Below, in pieces: positions 13,131 through 27,092 of a DNA stretch of 64,000 nt; within the stretch, counting starts at the first letter, position 1; every line of letters begins with the position of its first letter. The position numbers were made by a program, and so were the translations under genes. The notes beneath the pieces were generated by a model, which was not told the origin of the DNA, searched no databases, and worked only from the letters and a program-made list of their open reading frames with translations. The DNA is from Octopus vulgaris (Eukaryota), in NCBI GenBank assembly GCA_951406725.2, contig OX597814.1, positions 46,190,001 through 46,254,000 on the forward strand. The letters run 5' to 3'.

Positions 13131-15916
13131 CTATACAGAGAAAGAGGGAGAGAGAGAGAGGTAGAGATCTTTAGACCCCTAATTGAGCAATTTCATGAAT
13201 ATATATTTCATCTGTTTGTATGTTTCTTTTGTTTTTTGCCCTTACATCATCTCAGATCAACCAGAAACAAACCTAAGATCAAAAATATTCTAACCATGAG
13301 CATCTTGTATATTAATTTCTTTGACTACATTGTTCTATGTGGCTAACATGTATATATACATACATGCATATATGTGTGTGTGCATAATGTTTGATGTGTG
13401 TATGTAAATATATACTGTATAATATACGAATATATAATATATTTAATGTATATATATATATATAAATATATATATATAATGTACAGTATAGAAATATATA
13501 ATGTATTATATGTTTTGTGTGTGTGTGTGTGTGCATTGTACATTGTGCAAAAGAAAACAGTGCTAGTTCAGGTATATAATGTGTTATGGAATGTATAAAA
13601 ACTTACAATGCGAAACTAGTTTAATCTGGTGTTGCCTGCATTAGTAATTTTGCTGAACCACTACTCCATGCTAGGTAGCTAACCTAATCTTATTATTCAT
13701 TGTCTTTAGAATATTCTTGCTAACTAAACTACTTTGATATTTAACTGGGTTTATTTGCCAACAGTGTTGACTTTAATCTTTCAATCCCTAAAGAACTTAT
13801 TAAACCGACCTACTTTTTCCAAAAGTTTATAACACAATAGGCAATTATGATATAATTATAATGCATGTTGGGAAGGCATTTCTTTTTCACAAGTGTTTAA
13901 CCTGGGCTACAAGATCTGACCTAGATGGTTTCTTTGATGTAAGCATTGGGGTCATTTGATTGCATGGACATTTGCAATCTCACAGGAATATATATTTGAT
14001 GCCTTAAGTAAAAAATTTCCCTCTGCTGTTTTTGACTTGTACAGGGATGACTCCTAGCTTTCTCTATAAATGAGCATACTTTATGTCAGCTAAGGAAGGC
14101 ACAATCCAAACATTCTGGTCTTTTGGCCTTAAAATTACTATAGAGACTAACCTAACAATATAATTTATTGGTTGTTGTTGTTGCCCTAAGTTTATACTAT
14201 CTCATACAAGCCCTTCAGACAGTCAAATGAAAATGTTAATTACATAATCTCATGCCCTACCCCATAGCATTTAAAAACTAATAGTAGAAGAGTTTTGATT
14301 ATACCCTCTAGTAAAATGTGTGGTAGAAAAGCCTAAAAGCCTTACAATTAGGATACCCTTGGAGTGAGTGAATTCAAGAATAAAATTACTTAAATTACCA
14401 ACCTCAGTCTTCCTAGAAAGAAAAAATATAACATCTGTGTTGAAACCCCTTATCTTTAAGACCTTTCTGGTCTCAGAAGAGTAGCACTTCCTAACTAGCC
14501 ATAGATATAGGAAATTGTCCAATAGGTGAACATGAAGGCTGATTGCTCATATTGGGACAACAGCATGTGTATGCTGATTGTATTCTATAATACAGAGACC
14601 ATTGTATATAAAGAGGAGGTCAAATCTTGAGACACAAAACTTGGGTCCACCTTGAAGTGATGATTTAGTATGACAGAAGAAAATATTACAATCACACCTT
14701 TCCCTTCAGAAACATTAAAAAATGAAATGTAAGAGAATTAGCAAATTACATCCTGACCTTAAAAAAGAAATCCATAAATTACAGTATCAACTGAGTTTTG
14801 TTGAAAGATGTGCCCTCTGAGGAGTATCAAGACTAATTCTGAAGAGTTCACTGATGTCAGAACTATATATAGAGATGCCAGATTGGAGACATTCATTTTT
14901 TTGCAAACAAGGTGTTAATTTTGTTTTATATGACTGGACATGCCACTCTTAAATGAGACAGTATAATCATTCATATCTGGGTCACAAGAAGTGAAATCCA
15001 GAACTTCTATTTAATATCTTTTTTTTTTTAATATTTCTTTCTTGCATGCTTTCTTTTGTTTCTCTATTTTTTCTTTGATCTCTTTCTTTCTCACTTCTTA
15101 TTTTTTGCTTCACTCCTTTCTAAACTGGAACTCTATTACTAAACTATATCTTGTCTTTATCATTTATAACTTATTCATTTTCCATCTCTACTTTTAAAAT
15201 TTATTCTAGATAATATTTAATTACAAGTTAACATGTCGAAGGAGTTAATACTTTTCCATTTTATCCACAACTGATCTTCCTTTTATCCCTTTTATGGTTA
15301 ATATTATAAATTATAAAATTAATTAAGATACATTTTCCCCCAGAGTGTCATAACATAAGCAGAAGTAAGTACTATTTCTGTTGTGCCCAAAACAAGCATT
15401 GTCTAGGTGAAACTGGTGTTAAAAAAGTATGATGATAATAAGCTCAACTGTTTTACAGTGCCTTTCAGTGATTTTATAACTATTAACAACATAGATTGAC
15501 TGGTTTCTATAATCATATGTGTGTTTGTATCATCATCATCATCACCATCTACTTTTCTATGCTTGCCAGGATTGGATAGGTTTACACCAGCACAGTGTTT
15601 CATTCAACATTTGTTGTATTCTCCTCTCATCATAAGTGCCAACCTCTAGTGATCGACTTTGACCATTTCTTCCCATATCTTTCTTAGTCTTCCTCTTGCA
15701 CTGGTTTCTTCCATATGAGATTCTTGGCACTTCTTAATCCAAATGTCATCAGATATTCTGTTTTGTGTGTGTGTATGTATTTTACTCTTTGTGCTTGTTT
15801 TGCAAGATTCTTAATGTGAAGCCTTATGTTAAAACATATTTTGAGAGGGCTATTCTGCCAATAACAGCACAACCAATGTGTTTTCTTATTGGCACAATGA
15901 TTATCTCAAAATATAA

Positions 15917-16001
<85 letters not shown>

Positions 16002-19000
16002 CACACATACTCTGCATGAGTTGGTTGTGTTATCACAGTCTGAGTCAGTTCTTATCCAGAGTTACTGCTCTCCTCAATGAGTTGGAGGAATACATCTTGC
16101 TTGCATATTCAAGTTTTGATAGGGCTTCTATGGCTATATGTTCTTTCCAATATCAGTTACTTTGCAGAGTGGACTGACCTGTTTTATCATGGCACCAACA
16201 TCTTCTGTGTTCTATAATAGCTCTATTCATTCTCCATTTTATGTAGAATACTGGCTGCATCATATTATCGAATGAGCAGTAGAAATGTTTACCTTGTCTC
16301 CTAGAGGATTAAAGAGTCTTCTCCACTCTGTTATCTCTGCTCTGCATTAACAATCCATGAAACTGAAAGGGTAAATAGGAAAGAGAGTGAAAGATTGAGT
16401 ATGAGTGTTATAAGGAAGATAGAGACATAGGATCAAGTGAGTAGTTGTGAGAAGAGATAGACAGTGATAAGTAGCAATATATTAAGGAAAGCTTCTCATT
16501 TCATCACCTGTAACCTACAACATTTCTCCTATTTTGACCATTCAGTCTATTGAAGGAGGTGGAAAGTGACATATGACAACAAGAAAAATGTTTTCTATGT
16601 CAACAAAGAGTGTTAGAAGAGAGAGTAATGTGAGAGGGAGAAAGAAAAAAGAGAGATAGAATGAACAATTGAAGGATATCAATAAAGGTAAATGAGGGTA
16701 AAAGAAAGCAATAGATGGGTAAAAAAAAAGCTTGGTAGAGTGTGCACAGAATTGGCAGCACTGTACAATGAGGAAAGTTTTCTTGAATGCTGATAGAGCT
16801 TAGCACCAGTGTTTTCACATGTATTGACATCAGCACACAAAGATATAGAACAGGTACTGCAAAGCATCTTGTTTAATGTTCAAAAGTTTCACTAATACAT
16901 CAAAAGGAGGAAATGCTATGTTGATCTTGGTTGGATTTGAATTCAGAGTGCAGAAAGTTAGAATATGTATCACATGGCATTCTATCTTTGTCAATTTGTT
17001 GCTCTCCTATTCACTAAGCTACTTCTCACTTATAACATTAATTTAAATATAAATTCTTGATGTAAATAATTAATTCATAAAATATATCATAGTTAAACTA
17101 AAATAATCATCATATAAATATATTTAATAAAATAGTCATTCTTTTATCAAAGTTCTTAATATATGATTATATTATGCTGTTTTGTGAACTTAATTGTATC
17201 TTTCTCCCTTTTCTCTAAGCCTACCTTTTAGGCTGCTGACACATTTATCATTGATAGCTATTACCAGTTAAAAACTCTATAAATATACATGAAAGGAATC
17301 ACTGTAATCTCTCTTTTTCTGTCTCTTCCACTCTTCTGTTATCTACCTTTAGTATCCAGGAGAGCTTTCACCTCAATAAATTCTTTTTGAAGTATTGAAT
17401 AAAATTATGGATTACAGTTGAAACTGTTTTTCCAATAAATAAATATTGATGTAACTGAAGGATTCTAGAAACAAAAAACCAAAAATCTTAAAAGTTTGTC
17501 TGAAATTGATTACTGTACTTCATTACACCCTACTTGCTTTTGCCATTGTCAACTTTACTTCACTCCTCCAGACTAGAGTTGATCAATTAACTTTTAGTAA
17601 TTAATATTTGAGTGTGGATCCAAGTAATTGTTCTCATCTCTTAAATGGTTTAACCTAATGCCTCATTGAAAAACTTAATATAATTCATATCTCAGGTGCA
17701 TTTTTTTTTTTGTCATCATCATATATATTACTGACAACCTCATTGCTTTCTTTACCACCCTGCCTTTATTCGTTGTTTAGCTTTGATAATGAAGTCTGCT
17801 GCCTATAAGGATTTCCAATTGTAGTTTTCTTATGTGCTTTTTTAATGGCATAACTATAACATTATCCATTTTTATGAAAGAATACTCGTTTACTAAACAA
17901 CATAGGCTGCAGTAGTAAATCTTTGTAGATTGAAGTAAGTTGCTATGTATACCTGACTGCAAGAAAGTGATAGCATTCAAGCACAAGCATCATTCTTATA
18001 CTCAATATTTAATGTTTGATTTGAATATGATTCATTTCCTTTAATCAATCATTTCGTTTGGTTTTTATTTTTTTTATCAATAAACTTTGATCTGGATTAT
18101 AAAAGAACATTCTTTCTTAATGACACAGCTCCATCAAAACCCATAAATAGTAAAATACATATATTGTGTATAGGAAGAGATGGATAGATAGATAGCTAGA
18201 TACATACATACATGCATGCATACATACATACATACATACATACATACATACATACATACATACATACATACATAGTTAGTTAGAGAGGTAGATAGATAGG
18301 TAGGTAGGTAGAGAGGTAGATAGATAGATAGATAGAGAGAGAGTGTGTGTGTGTGTGTGTTTATGATTTCTCTCCATCTGTGAATGGAAAGTTTATCAAT
18401 TCCAGTATGTTTATTGTTTGCTATCTAAATAGGTATGAGAAAACTTCATGATTAAAAGCATGACTATCATAATTCTGATTTTCCTCTTCTGAAAGTTTAT
18501 ACTTGATTTATTGATGGAGACTTATGATCACACAGAGCCAGGCAGTTGACTCAATATATCATATCAGTATAAGGGTTAGATAAAAACTATTTAGATAATT
18601 TAAATGTTTAAAACATAGTTATTGACCCAGGTGGAATACAGATGCATATGGATATACAGTTGTATGAATAGATTTATGCAACCTATCATGAATTATTACC
18701 TATCTGAGTTGGAAATTCTTTTATCTCTGAACCATAGATATTGTACAATTCAGTTATTTGTATAGAAATTGTGATTTGACTCATTATTAAAAAGAATCCA
18801 AGCACATAGTATATTTTAATATATAGTAAGAGACCTTTTCTTTTACATTATTATGGATATGTATATCTTTACTTATGACATTTTAGAGTAAAGAGATTAA
18901 GTATTTTGTTGAAGATGTGAATGCTAAATTAACTTATATTATTAAAGGTAAATGAGATTTCTACATGCCTTGATATGTAAAATGTTTATCTATTTCTAAT

Positions 19001-20008
19001 TCTGGTTTCTTAAAACCCTTGAGCTGTTAGGTAAATTTTGTTTTATAAACAGAACAGTATCTTGCCTTAAAAGAATATTTTTTACATTTTAAACTAAAGG
19101 CACATTTTCATTAGTATAAAAGCAACAAAAAATTTTAGAAAGTATTATTTATATGACATAGGAGGTATTTTGTAGATATTTAGTCATAAATCTTCTATTA
19201 CAGGGAAAATACACAATAAACATGTTCAAGCAAGGCTATGTGGTTAGAAAGTTTGCTTCACAACTATGTGGCTCCTTGTTTAGTCCCATTGCATGACACC
19301 TTGGACAAGTGTTTTCTCTAACCTCAAATTTCCCATTAAGTTTTTAGTGGAATTTGGTAGAAAAACTGCAGAAGACCATATTTCATGTTCCAACTACTTT
19401 AAGCACTCAGCTCTTCTTTATAAATCTTTGGATTTTTTTTATTACTAGATACTATATGATTGTCCAGAGGTTTTTTTTTTTTATCTCAATGAAGCAGATT
19501 TGTTGTTTACTCTAATCAAATGTTATCAGCTATGCCACAGTCTCTTTATAATATTAAAATTTAAAGTCTGTCGAATTCAGAATTTTAGCAAAAACAGTAC
19601 ATTGAGAGCAATAAGATGCTTCAGTTAATGTACTCTTAAACATACATGTTGTTGCTTAGAATGAGTTCCAATAAAGTTCTGGTCTCTGTGACCTACAAAA
19701 CTGAAGAACGCAAAAAAGGAAAAACAATTTTCAGCCATTCATGAAACAGGCAGTTATAAGTGTCATCAATATATACACTTTCACTCACTCACCCACAAAT
19801 ATACATATATAACAATAGAGAAAGAAAGGAGAAATCATGTCATACTAATCTACATCCTGTGACCTTTAGATGAGAATGATCTTCTTGTCTGAAGATCATA
19901 GTTGTGTGAAACTCCAGTCATGAGAGTTACCAAAAAAGGCATGTCTTATACAATATATATTGAGCAATTGAGCACTCCTTTTTCATTTGTCCAACATAAA
20001 TCAATGTG

Positions 20009-20041
<33 letters not shown>

Positions 20042-20124
20042 TCATCATTTAACATTCATACTCCATTCTGGCATAGGCTGGATGATTTAATAGGATTGTA
20101 AAAGAATATTATTTCCATATGACA

Positions 20125-20219
<95 letters not shown>

Positions 20220-20220
<1 letters not shown>

Positions 20221-20602
20221 GTTACTGAATGGAGTATGAAAGACCTGAGCTACATATGTTTCATAGCAAGTAGAACCTCAGAAGTGGTAAAATCCAAGTG
20301 AGGTGTATACCACTGGCTACTCTTCAGGCCAAAGATATCATGATTAGATTAAAGGTTACATTGTTGCAAGGAGGCACATGACATTTCTGATTGAATCTTC
20401 TTTACATCAACATGTACCTCCTTGCGAAAATGTAACCTTTAATCTTATCAAGATATCCTTGGCCTGAAGTGTAGCTGGCAGTATACACTTCACTTGGATT
20501 TTACCACTTCTGAGGCTCCACTTGCTATGAAACATGTAGCCTGGATTTTTCCTACTCCATTCTGCAACTCTTGTATTCTTTTTTGCACACTTGGCAACCC
20601 TG
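20220..20602. repeat. Long imperfect inverted repeat (fold-back), probably a MITE relic
   Basis: 20220-20380 is the reverse complement of 20411-20569 with a 30-nt loop; the right side ends in ttggcaaccctg (hAT-like terminus). Confidence 0.85.
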
Positions 20603-20791
20603 GTTGCCCACCGTGAAATATATAAAGAACTTTTTTTCTGCTCATTGTTCTTTGATAGAGAAAAATAATCTGCAACCTTCCATTTCTTTCCTGAAAGTTG
20701 TTTTTTTATATTTAGTATGGATTGCTCGAAACTAATTTTCTTCCTACACCTTAATCCCTGGTTCTTATACACACACACACACATATATATA

Positions 20792-22025
20792 CAGGATATG
20801 ATGGGTAAATTGTCACCATTTTATATTTTTAATTTTGTGCATGCACATTGTTTGTTGTTGATTTTGTTAACTACACAGTTTAGTAGGATCAGTTGGGTAC
20901 TGTCTGTGAGAAAAACAGCACCATGACACAATTCAATCTACCAGGAATTTGGAAACAGCATGCTGTACTGCTTGGCATTTGTGCTGGAAGCTCCAGTAAA
21001 AATATTTCAGAGAGTTTGAGTGTCAATCTCATGACAGTGCAGAGGATTCAGAAAGAGTCAGATGATTTTAATGGCGATTATGAAGGTATGGCAGCTCGGA
21101 AAACTCACTCTGATCATTTTGATATAAGAACTCCTGAATTTGTTGGTGAAATCCAGGCCATGATTGACAATGATCCATCCAAGTCAATCAGATCCATCAC
21201 CAGGGACATGGAAGTGTCTGAGTTTCTTATTAGACATTTGATCTTTCTCATACAAGATGAGAAAGGGCCAATTTTTATCCTAAGCCATCAAGGACAAGAG
21301 GAAAGACTACACTATGAAGCTTTTGAACAAACTCAAGCATCTTTTCCAACTGAACATGCTTTGGTTTTTCTCAGATGAGAAAAAATTTCTGCCAGGACCA
21401 GATGGTGAACATACAGAACAACTGTTGGCTTACTGTGTCCCCAAAACACATACTGAGAGTGATGAAAATCAAACATCCAGTCAACATCATGATGTTTGGA
21501 GTGCTCACTAGTGATGGTGACATTATGCCTCCATTCATCTTCCCACATGGCCTCAGACTCAACATGGAGGCCTACATCAAGTGCCTGGAAGAGGCAGTGC
21601 TGCCCTGGGTGAGGGTAGCTGCTGAAGACCTTATGACTAGCAATAGGACTCTGCACCATGTCACACAAGCAGGAGAACCCAGTCATGGCTGCCAAACAAT
21701 TTCTGCAACCCCTTGATTATTATGTGTGGGGCACAGTTGAGCAAGAGACCAACAAAACTCCTTGTAACACCAAAGATGATCTGAAGGCAAGGATTGTGGT
21801 AGCATTCACCAACTTAATCAAGGAGGCCATCCAGAAGAGTTGCAGGAGATTCCAAAGTCATCTGGAGGTTATGGTTGAAGCCAATCGTGATTTTATTGAA
21901 TAAATTTACTCTTTAGTGTTTTAAGTATTTTTATGCAATTTTGGTAAAGATATCTGTTAAAATGAGACGTCAGTGTTATTTTCATTTTTGCGTAATTTAG
22001 ATGACAATTTATTCACTGCACCCCA
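20792..22025 (+). mobile_element. Decayed maT/DD37D-like Tc1-mariner transposon
   Basis: Imperfect TIRs (..taaattgtca / tgacaattta..) in TA context. Frameshifted transposase: WFFSDEKKF, QNNCWL, KHPVNIMMFG..SDGDIMPPFIF, PLDYYVWG. Confidence 0.85.
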
Positions 22026-22129
22026 TATATATTTATATATGTGTGTGTGTGTGTGTGTATGTGTGTATATGTATGTATATATATATATGTATGTATATAT
22101 ATATATGTATGTATATATATATATGTATG

Positions 22130-22160
<31 letters not shown>

Positions 22161-22161
22161 G

Positions 22162-22208
<47 letters not shown>

Positions 22209-22308
22209 GTATATATATATATGTGTATATATATATATGTGTATATATATATATGTGTATAAATATATATGTATATAAATATATATGTATATATATATAT
22301 GTATGTAT

Positions 22309-22348
<40 letters not shown>

Positions 22349-22599
22349 GTATATATATATGTGTGTGTGTGTGTGGAAATAAGAATTACTGTCAACCAAA
22401 GTAAACTTTCTAGACATAACAGTAGATTTAGACACTATCAAATTTTCTCTTTATCATAAATTTAATGATATGTTATAATCATGTTCCAAATAATCTCCAT
22501 AATTTTGTCACAAGTGTTATTAGAAATATTTATATCACCATCCTCAGATGCAGATAGTTTGCTAAAGCTTCACATTTCTACAATAAGCCAGTTAGTCAT

Positions 22600-23300
22600 A
22601 GCAGGTTTGATGGATTAGATATGATAGAATATGTGTATCTAGGCCTGTAGCTCTCAAATCTAGGAATAGAAATAGAAAAGGAAGTATAATCCAGTTTTGA
22701 ACTTAAATCTTAGAAGAAATATAGCCAAAGAGTTCCATATTTTAGTTTTCATATTTTCAATAGCAACCATAGTTATCATGAGATCTTTAATAGACATTCT
22801 ATTAAAGTCATACTTTTGTTGCAACAACCTTAACAGCTCTATTAATTGAATTATGGAAAAATATATATCAAGTGACAGTAAGCTGAGAGCAAATGTAATT
22901 GTGGAACATATGACAAATTGATATGCCCACAAAATGAAGCTTGATTTACCAATTCCTTGATATACTGTACCAAGATAAAATCAATTTATGGCGCACAACT
23001 AAAATTTTTCACTGGCTCAACAAAAAATGAATTTAAAATGAGATTATTCTTGCACAAGCACTTGTTGGTCAGCTCAAATGGGAAATTTGCTACCAGACAT
23101 TCAAAATAAACTTAGAAATAGTATCAAATCTTTAATAAATAATGATTAATTCTTACTTACAAGCATGGCAGCAATTAAAGAAACATCATCCTAACAGAAA
23201 AGAGTTTAATATTAGAGTAGGATAAGAACAACCTAGACTCACATAATGACATACTGAATATATATTTACATAAATAGCAAACTGTTATTTAATTTTCAAA
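22600..23300 (+). mobile_element. Highly degraded Penelope-like relic (GIY-YIG region)
   Basis: KCNCGTYDKLICPQNEA..SLIYCTKI..FFTGSTKNEFKMRLFLHK at ~22890-23060. Confidence 0.55.
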
Positions 23301-24079
23301 AGGTAGACCACACACATACAAATATGCTGTAGAAGTTTCAGACAGTTTCCAAATTTAACCTCGATTTTTCAGTTTTCCCTTTTAATTATATGTTCAGAAA
23401 CTGATATATTCTGTACCCTGCTAAACCTATATTTGCTGCTCCTCACTCCCACCACCTTTCATCCAACACCTCATCAGCCTATTGCTTATTCCTCTTTTCC
23501 CCATCTCTTTATCAATCATATTCCTCTATCTTTTGTCTCCTTGCCACTTTCTGTACCCTTTACTAAACCTGTATATAAGAGACTGTATCAGATCGTATAT
23601 ATGCAATACACTCTAACTTCATCCTTTCTACCAGCCACCACTCTCTGGCCTATTACTACCCATCATGTACTCTTGCCTTTATCTCATCCTCTAGCCTTAC
23701 TTTTGTTTGCCTCTGCCATTGCAAATTACTCCTCTCCTGATGCCACCCCAAATAACTGCCTTTCCCATTGTACTCTTGCTTCTTCTAGTCTTTCTGCTAT
23801 CATTGCTCTCTCTCCCATTCCCATTCTCATTTTATATGTCTTAGGTTACTTAATACTCTCTACATTTACTGTATGCAAGGCATATCTCCTACTGTACTGA
23901 TGTCCTGCTAAAAAGTACTCCTGCTGCACTAGTGGTTGACAAATAACCAGTAAAAGCATAAGGTTGTGAGATTCTTTTCATATTGTTTTACTGAAGACTA
24001 CTTTGTTTTTTCAACTATTATAGGTTGGATAATACTATTTCCCTATATATTTTGCACTTCACTTGGACTGTAACATACT

Positions 24080-24830
24080 TTTTGTTCCACAGTTGCTCCT
24101 GAGTAAGATTAATGTTGATTCCAGCACACAATTCTGATTCCTGCTGCAACACCAAAGTATGCAAAACTGGTGTTCAACTGCATAGCTTAAGAAGTGCTCA
24201 AGCCTATGTGTAGGGACTTGAGTGAACTTTTCTGAGCATCCAAAACTTTTGTGTACTTGTAATAGTTGCAACTTGATTACTATATCAAGTGACTTTAAGA
24301 AGACAAAGAGCACATAGAATGGCTTATTCTGTGCCATACACTTCTCCTGTCCTTGGTATGCTTTTTTCCTTTCCAAACCCTTGAGTTTCAGGAAAGGTTA
24401 CTGAACAGCACTTTGTGCTGGTCTTTCCAAACAGCAAGCTGAGAAATTCTTCAATAGTTATTACATTCATCCCTATCATTCTTCTTACTTATTGGCTCAG
24501 TGTAAGAATCTTTCCAGTCCTGAGGAACATTACTTGTCACCCATGATTCCAGCATCATCTGATAGAGATATAATTCTATCTCCTCCATTTTCTGTTAGGA
24601 TCCCATTTACTGGTGTTTTCTATTTGAGAGTGACCTGGTTATGAGTAATACTTCCTCTTCACTTGATAGATTAACCATCAATACATCAAGTGTTGGACAT
24701 GTTACATTTTTCAAAGTTTCCCTCTTGACATTACTTGGAGCATTGAGAATTTGGTGGAGGTGCTCTGCAAAGTCATTGAGCATTTGTATTTCTTCCTGGA
24801 ACATTACTAGTGTATTAGTTGTCTTCATTT
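24080..24830 (-). mobile_element. RTE/BovB-like LINE fragment (pre-RT and RT start)
   Basis: ORF 24607-24828 FAEHLHQILNAPS..EEEVLLITRSLSNRK, and YVLFVFLKSLD further downstream. Confidence 0.55.
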
Positions 24831-25444
24831 GAGTGGCATCTTACTTCATCATCAACATTTAACATTCATTTTCCGTGCTGACATTGGTTGGATGGTTTGA
24901 CAGGCTCCAGCTAGGCATAGGTCTGGGTAGAGCTTTGATATTAGCTTTGGCATGGTTTCTATAACTAGATATCCTTCCTACTACCAACCATTTTACTGGG
25001 TGAACTGAGTGCTTTTTTTCATGCCAGCAGTAGTAGTAGGGTTGCCAAGTAACTTGCAAGGTAGGGAAAAAAAAGAACAGGAAAAAAGGAGGGAAAAGAA
25101 AACTAAAAAACAAGTGGAAAAAGCCTCCTCAACATTAAATGGTGGTGGTGGCTTTGGTGGTGGCGGTGGTGGTGATGGGAGTTAATATTTGAGAGTGGTT
25201 GGGAAGCAATGGTTCTATGCCATGTGAAGGGAGACTAGAGTGTAATGAAAGAAAAAGCCCAGGTTTCCAAGTAAGGCAATATTTTCCCTAGTCTTCTGAA
25301 CACAAAACAGCACACTGGCCAGATATGCTTTCACAGAAGATTGCAATTGAACAACATGACTTGTCTGAGTTAGTGAAGTTTGTTTACAATTAGCCTGTGA
25401 TGTCAAGACAAGGAGACATAAATATACACACACATGTACACAGT

Positions 25445-25605
25445 GAACTTCTTTTAGTTTCTGTCTACCAAATCCACTCAAAAGGTTTTGATCATCTGGG
25501 GCTATAGCAGAAGACACATGCCTAAGGTGCTGTACAGTGGAACTGAACCTGAAACCTAGTGGTCATGAAGGAAGCTCCTTTACTACACAGCCATGCCTGC
25601 ACCTA
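25445..25605 (-). mobile_element. SINE family A, 5' part (diverged)
   Basis: Reverse-complement similarity to 1894-2055. Confidence 0.7.
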
Positions 25606-25616
25606 GTGTGTGTGTG

Positions 25617-25665
<49 letters not shown>

Positions 25666-25814
25666 CAAAAAAGACTTTATTAATCATTAACAAAAAACAT
25701 TACAAAATCTAACCAATAGCACATGTTATTTTTCTTTTTTACTGTTTAAAGACAATGGATTTATTATAAGAAGTAACAATGGGTAAAATTATAAATAAAT
25801 TACATATATATATA

Positions 25815-27092
25815 TCAGGTCATCCCATAAGTTCTGTCCGATTTTACCTTTTTTGAAATTGAATAAAATTTAATAGTATTTTAGAATGTCTAATGGAATT
25901 TAAAATTATTTTTATGCATTTGTGTACATTTAAACTAATTAAATATTATTTTACAGAATAATAGAATTCAAATTTCTTTGATTAAAACCCTTTCTAACAT
26001 TGAAGTATTCAAAGAACATTTAAGGCACATAATGCTTTATGAGTACAAAAAAGGAAACTCTGCTGCCGAAGCAGCTCAAAACATACACTCAGTTTATGGG
26101 AAAGAATGCTTGAATGAAAGAACTTGCAGAAGATGGTTTGCAAAATTCAGAAGTGGAGATTTCAGCCTTGAAGATGAAGATTGAACAGGACGTCCAGCTG
26201 AGTTTGATGATAAGCTCCTTGAGGCATTACTTGAAGAAAGTCCTGCATTATCAGTTGAAGAATTGGCAGTAAAGTTTAGTTCAAACCATACAACTGTTCA
26301 TCGTCATCTTCAACAACTTGGAAAGTTTCCTAAACTTGGAAAATGGGTGTCTCGTGAATAGTCCAAAAGCAACCGCAAATCTCAAGTTGAGATCTGCTCT
26401 TCTCTCCATTCTCGCGAACTCATTTCACCCTTTTTGGATAGACTCGTGACTGGTGACAAAAATGGATCTTCTATTGAAATGTTAAACATCATAAACAGTG
26501 GCTTGATAAAAGCTCAGGCACATCCGAAAAGGGAACTTCATGGAAAAAAGGTTCTTCTCTCTATCTGGTGGGATTGCAAAGCAGTAATTCACTTGAATTG
26601 TTACCACCTAATGCAACAATCAATGCTCAAGTCTACTGTCAGCAATTAGAGCATTTGAACCAAGCTTTGAAGAAAAAAAGACCTGCTTTAGAGAATTGAA
26701 AAGGAGTGATGTTTCATCAGGACAATGCGTGGCCCCACACTGCAAATATCACATCACAGAAGATCGAAGAGCCTGGTTGGGAAAAAATTCCTCATCCACC
26801 TTATTCTCCCAACCTTGTTCCTTCAGCCTACCATTTGTTTCATAGTTTACAGAATCATAAGGGGGGCATAAATTTCGCAAGCCAGGAGGAGGTTGAAACT
26901 GACATTTCAGAGTTCTTCACTTTGAAACCAAAAGAGTTTTACATTGATGGGATTAAAAAGCTTGTAAATAGATGAAAGGAAGTCATAGATAATCAGGGAA
27001 AGTACATTGATGATTAAATTTCAATTAAATATAGCATTTGAGGACTTGTTTTCTTTATTCAAAATTCAGACAGAACTTATGGGATGACCTGA
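25815..27092 (+). mobile_element. Full-length but inactivated mariner (DD34D) transposon, 1278 bp
   Basis: TIRs tcaggtcatcccataagttctgtc / gacagaacttatgggatgacctga with TA TSD. Transposase pieces MLYEYKKG..RRWFAKFRSG, GKWV, LVTGD, QDNAWPH..HPPYSPNLVPSAYHLF, with stops and frameshifts; third D mutated. Confidence 0.95.

Noticed and set aside
23895-23970. ctgatg.. plus ggtt/aacc hairpin after a PLE relic
   Set aside because: Too degenerate to call a ribozyme.
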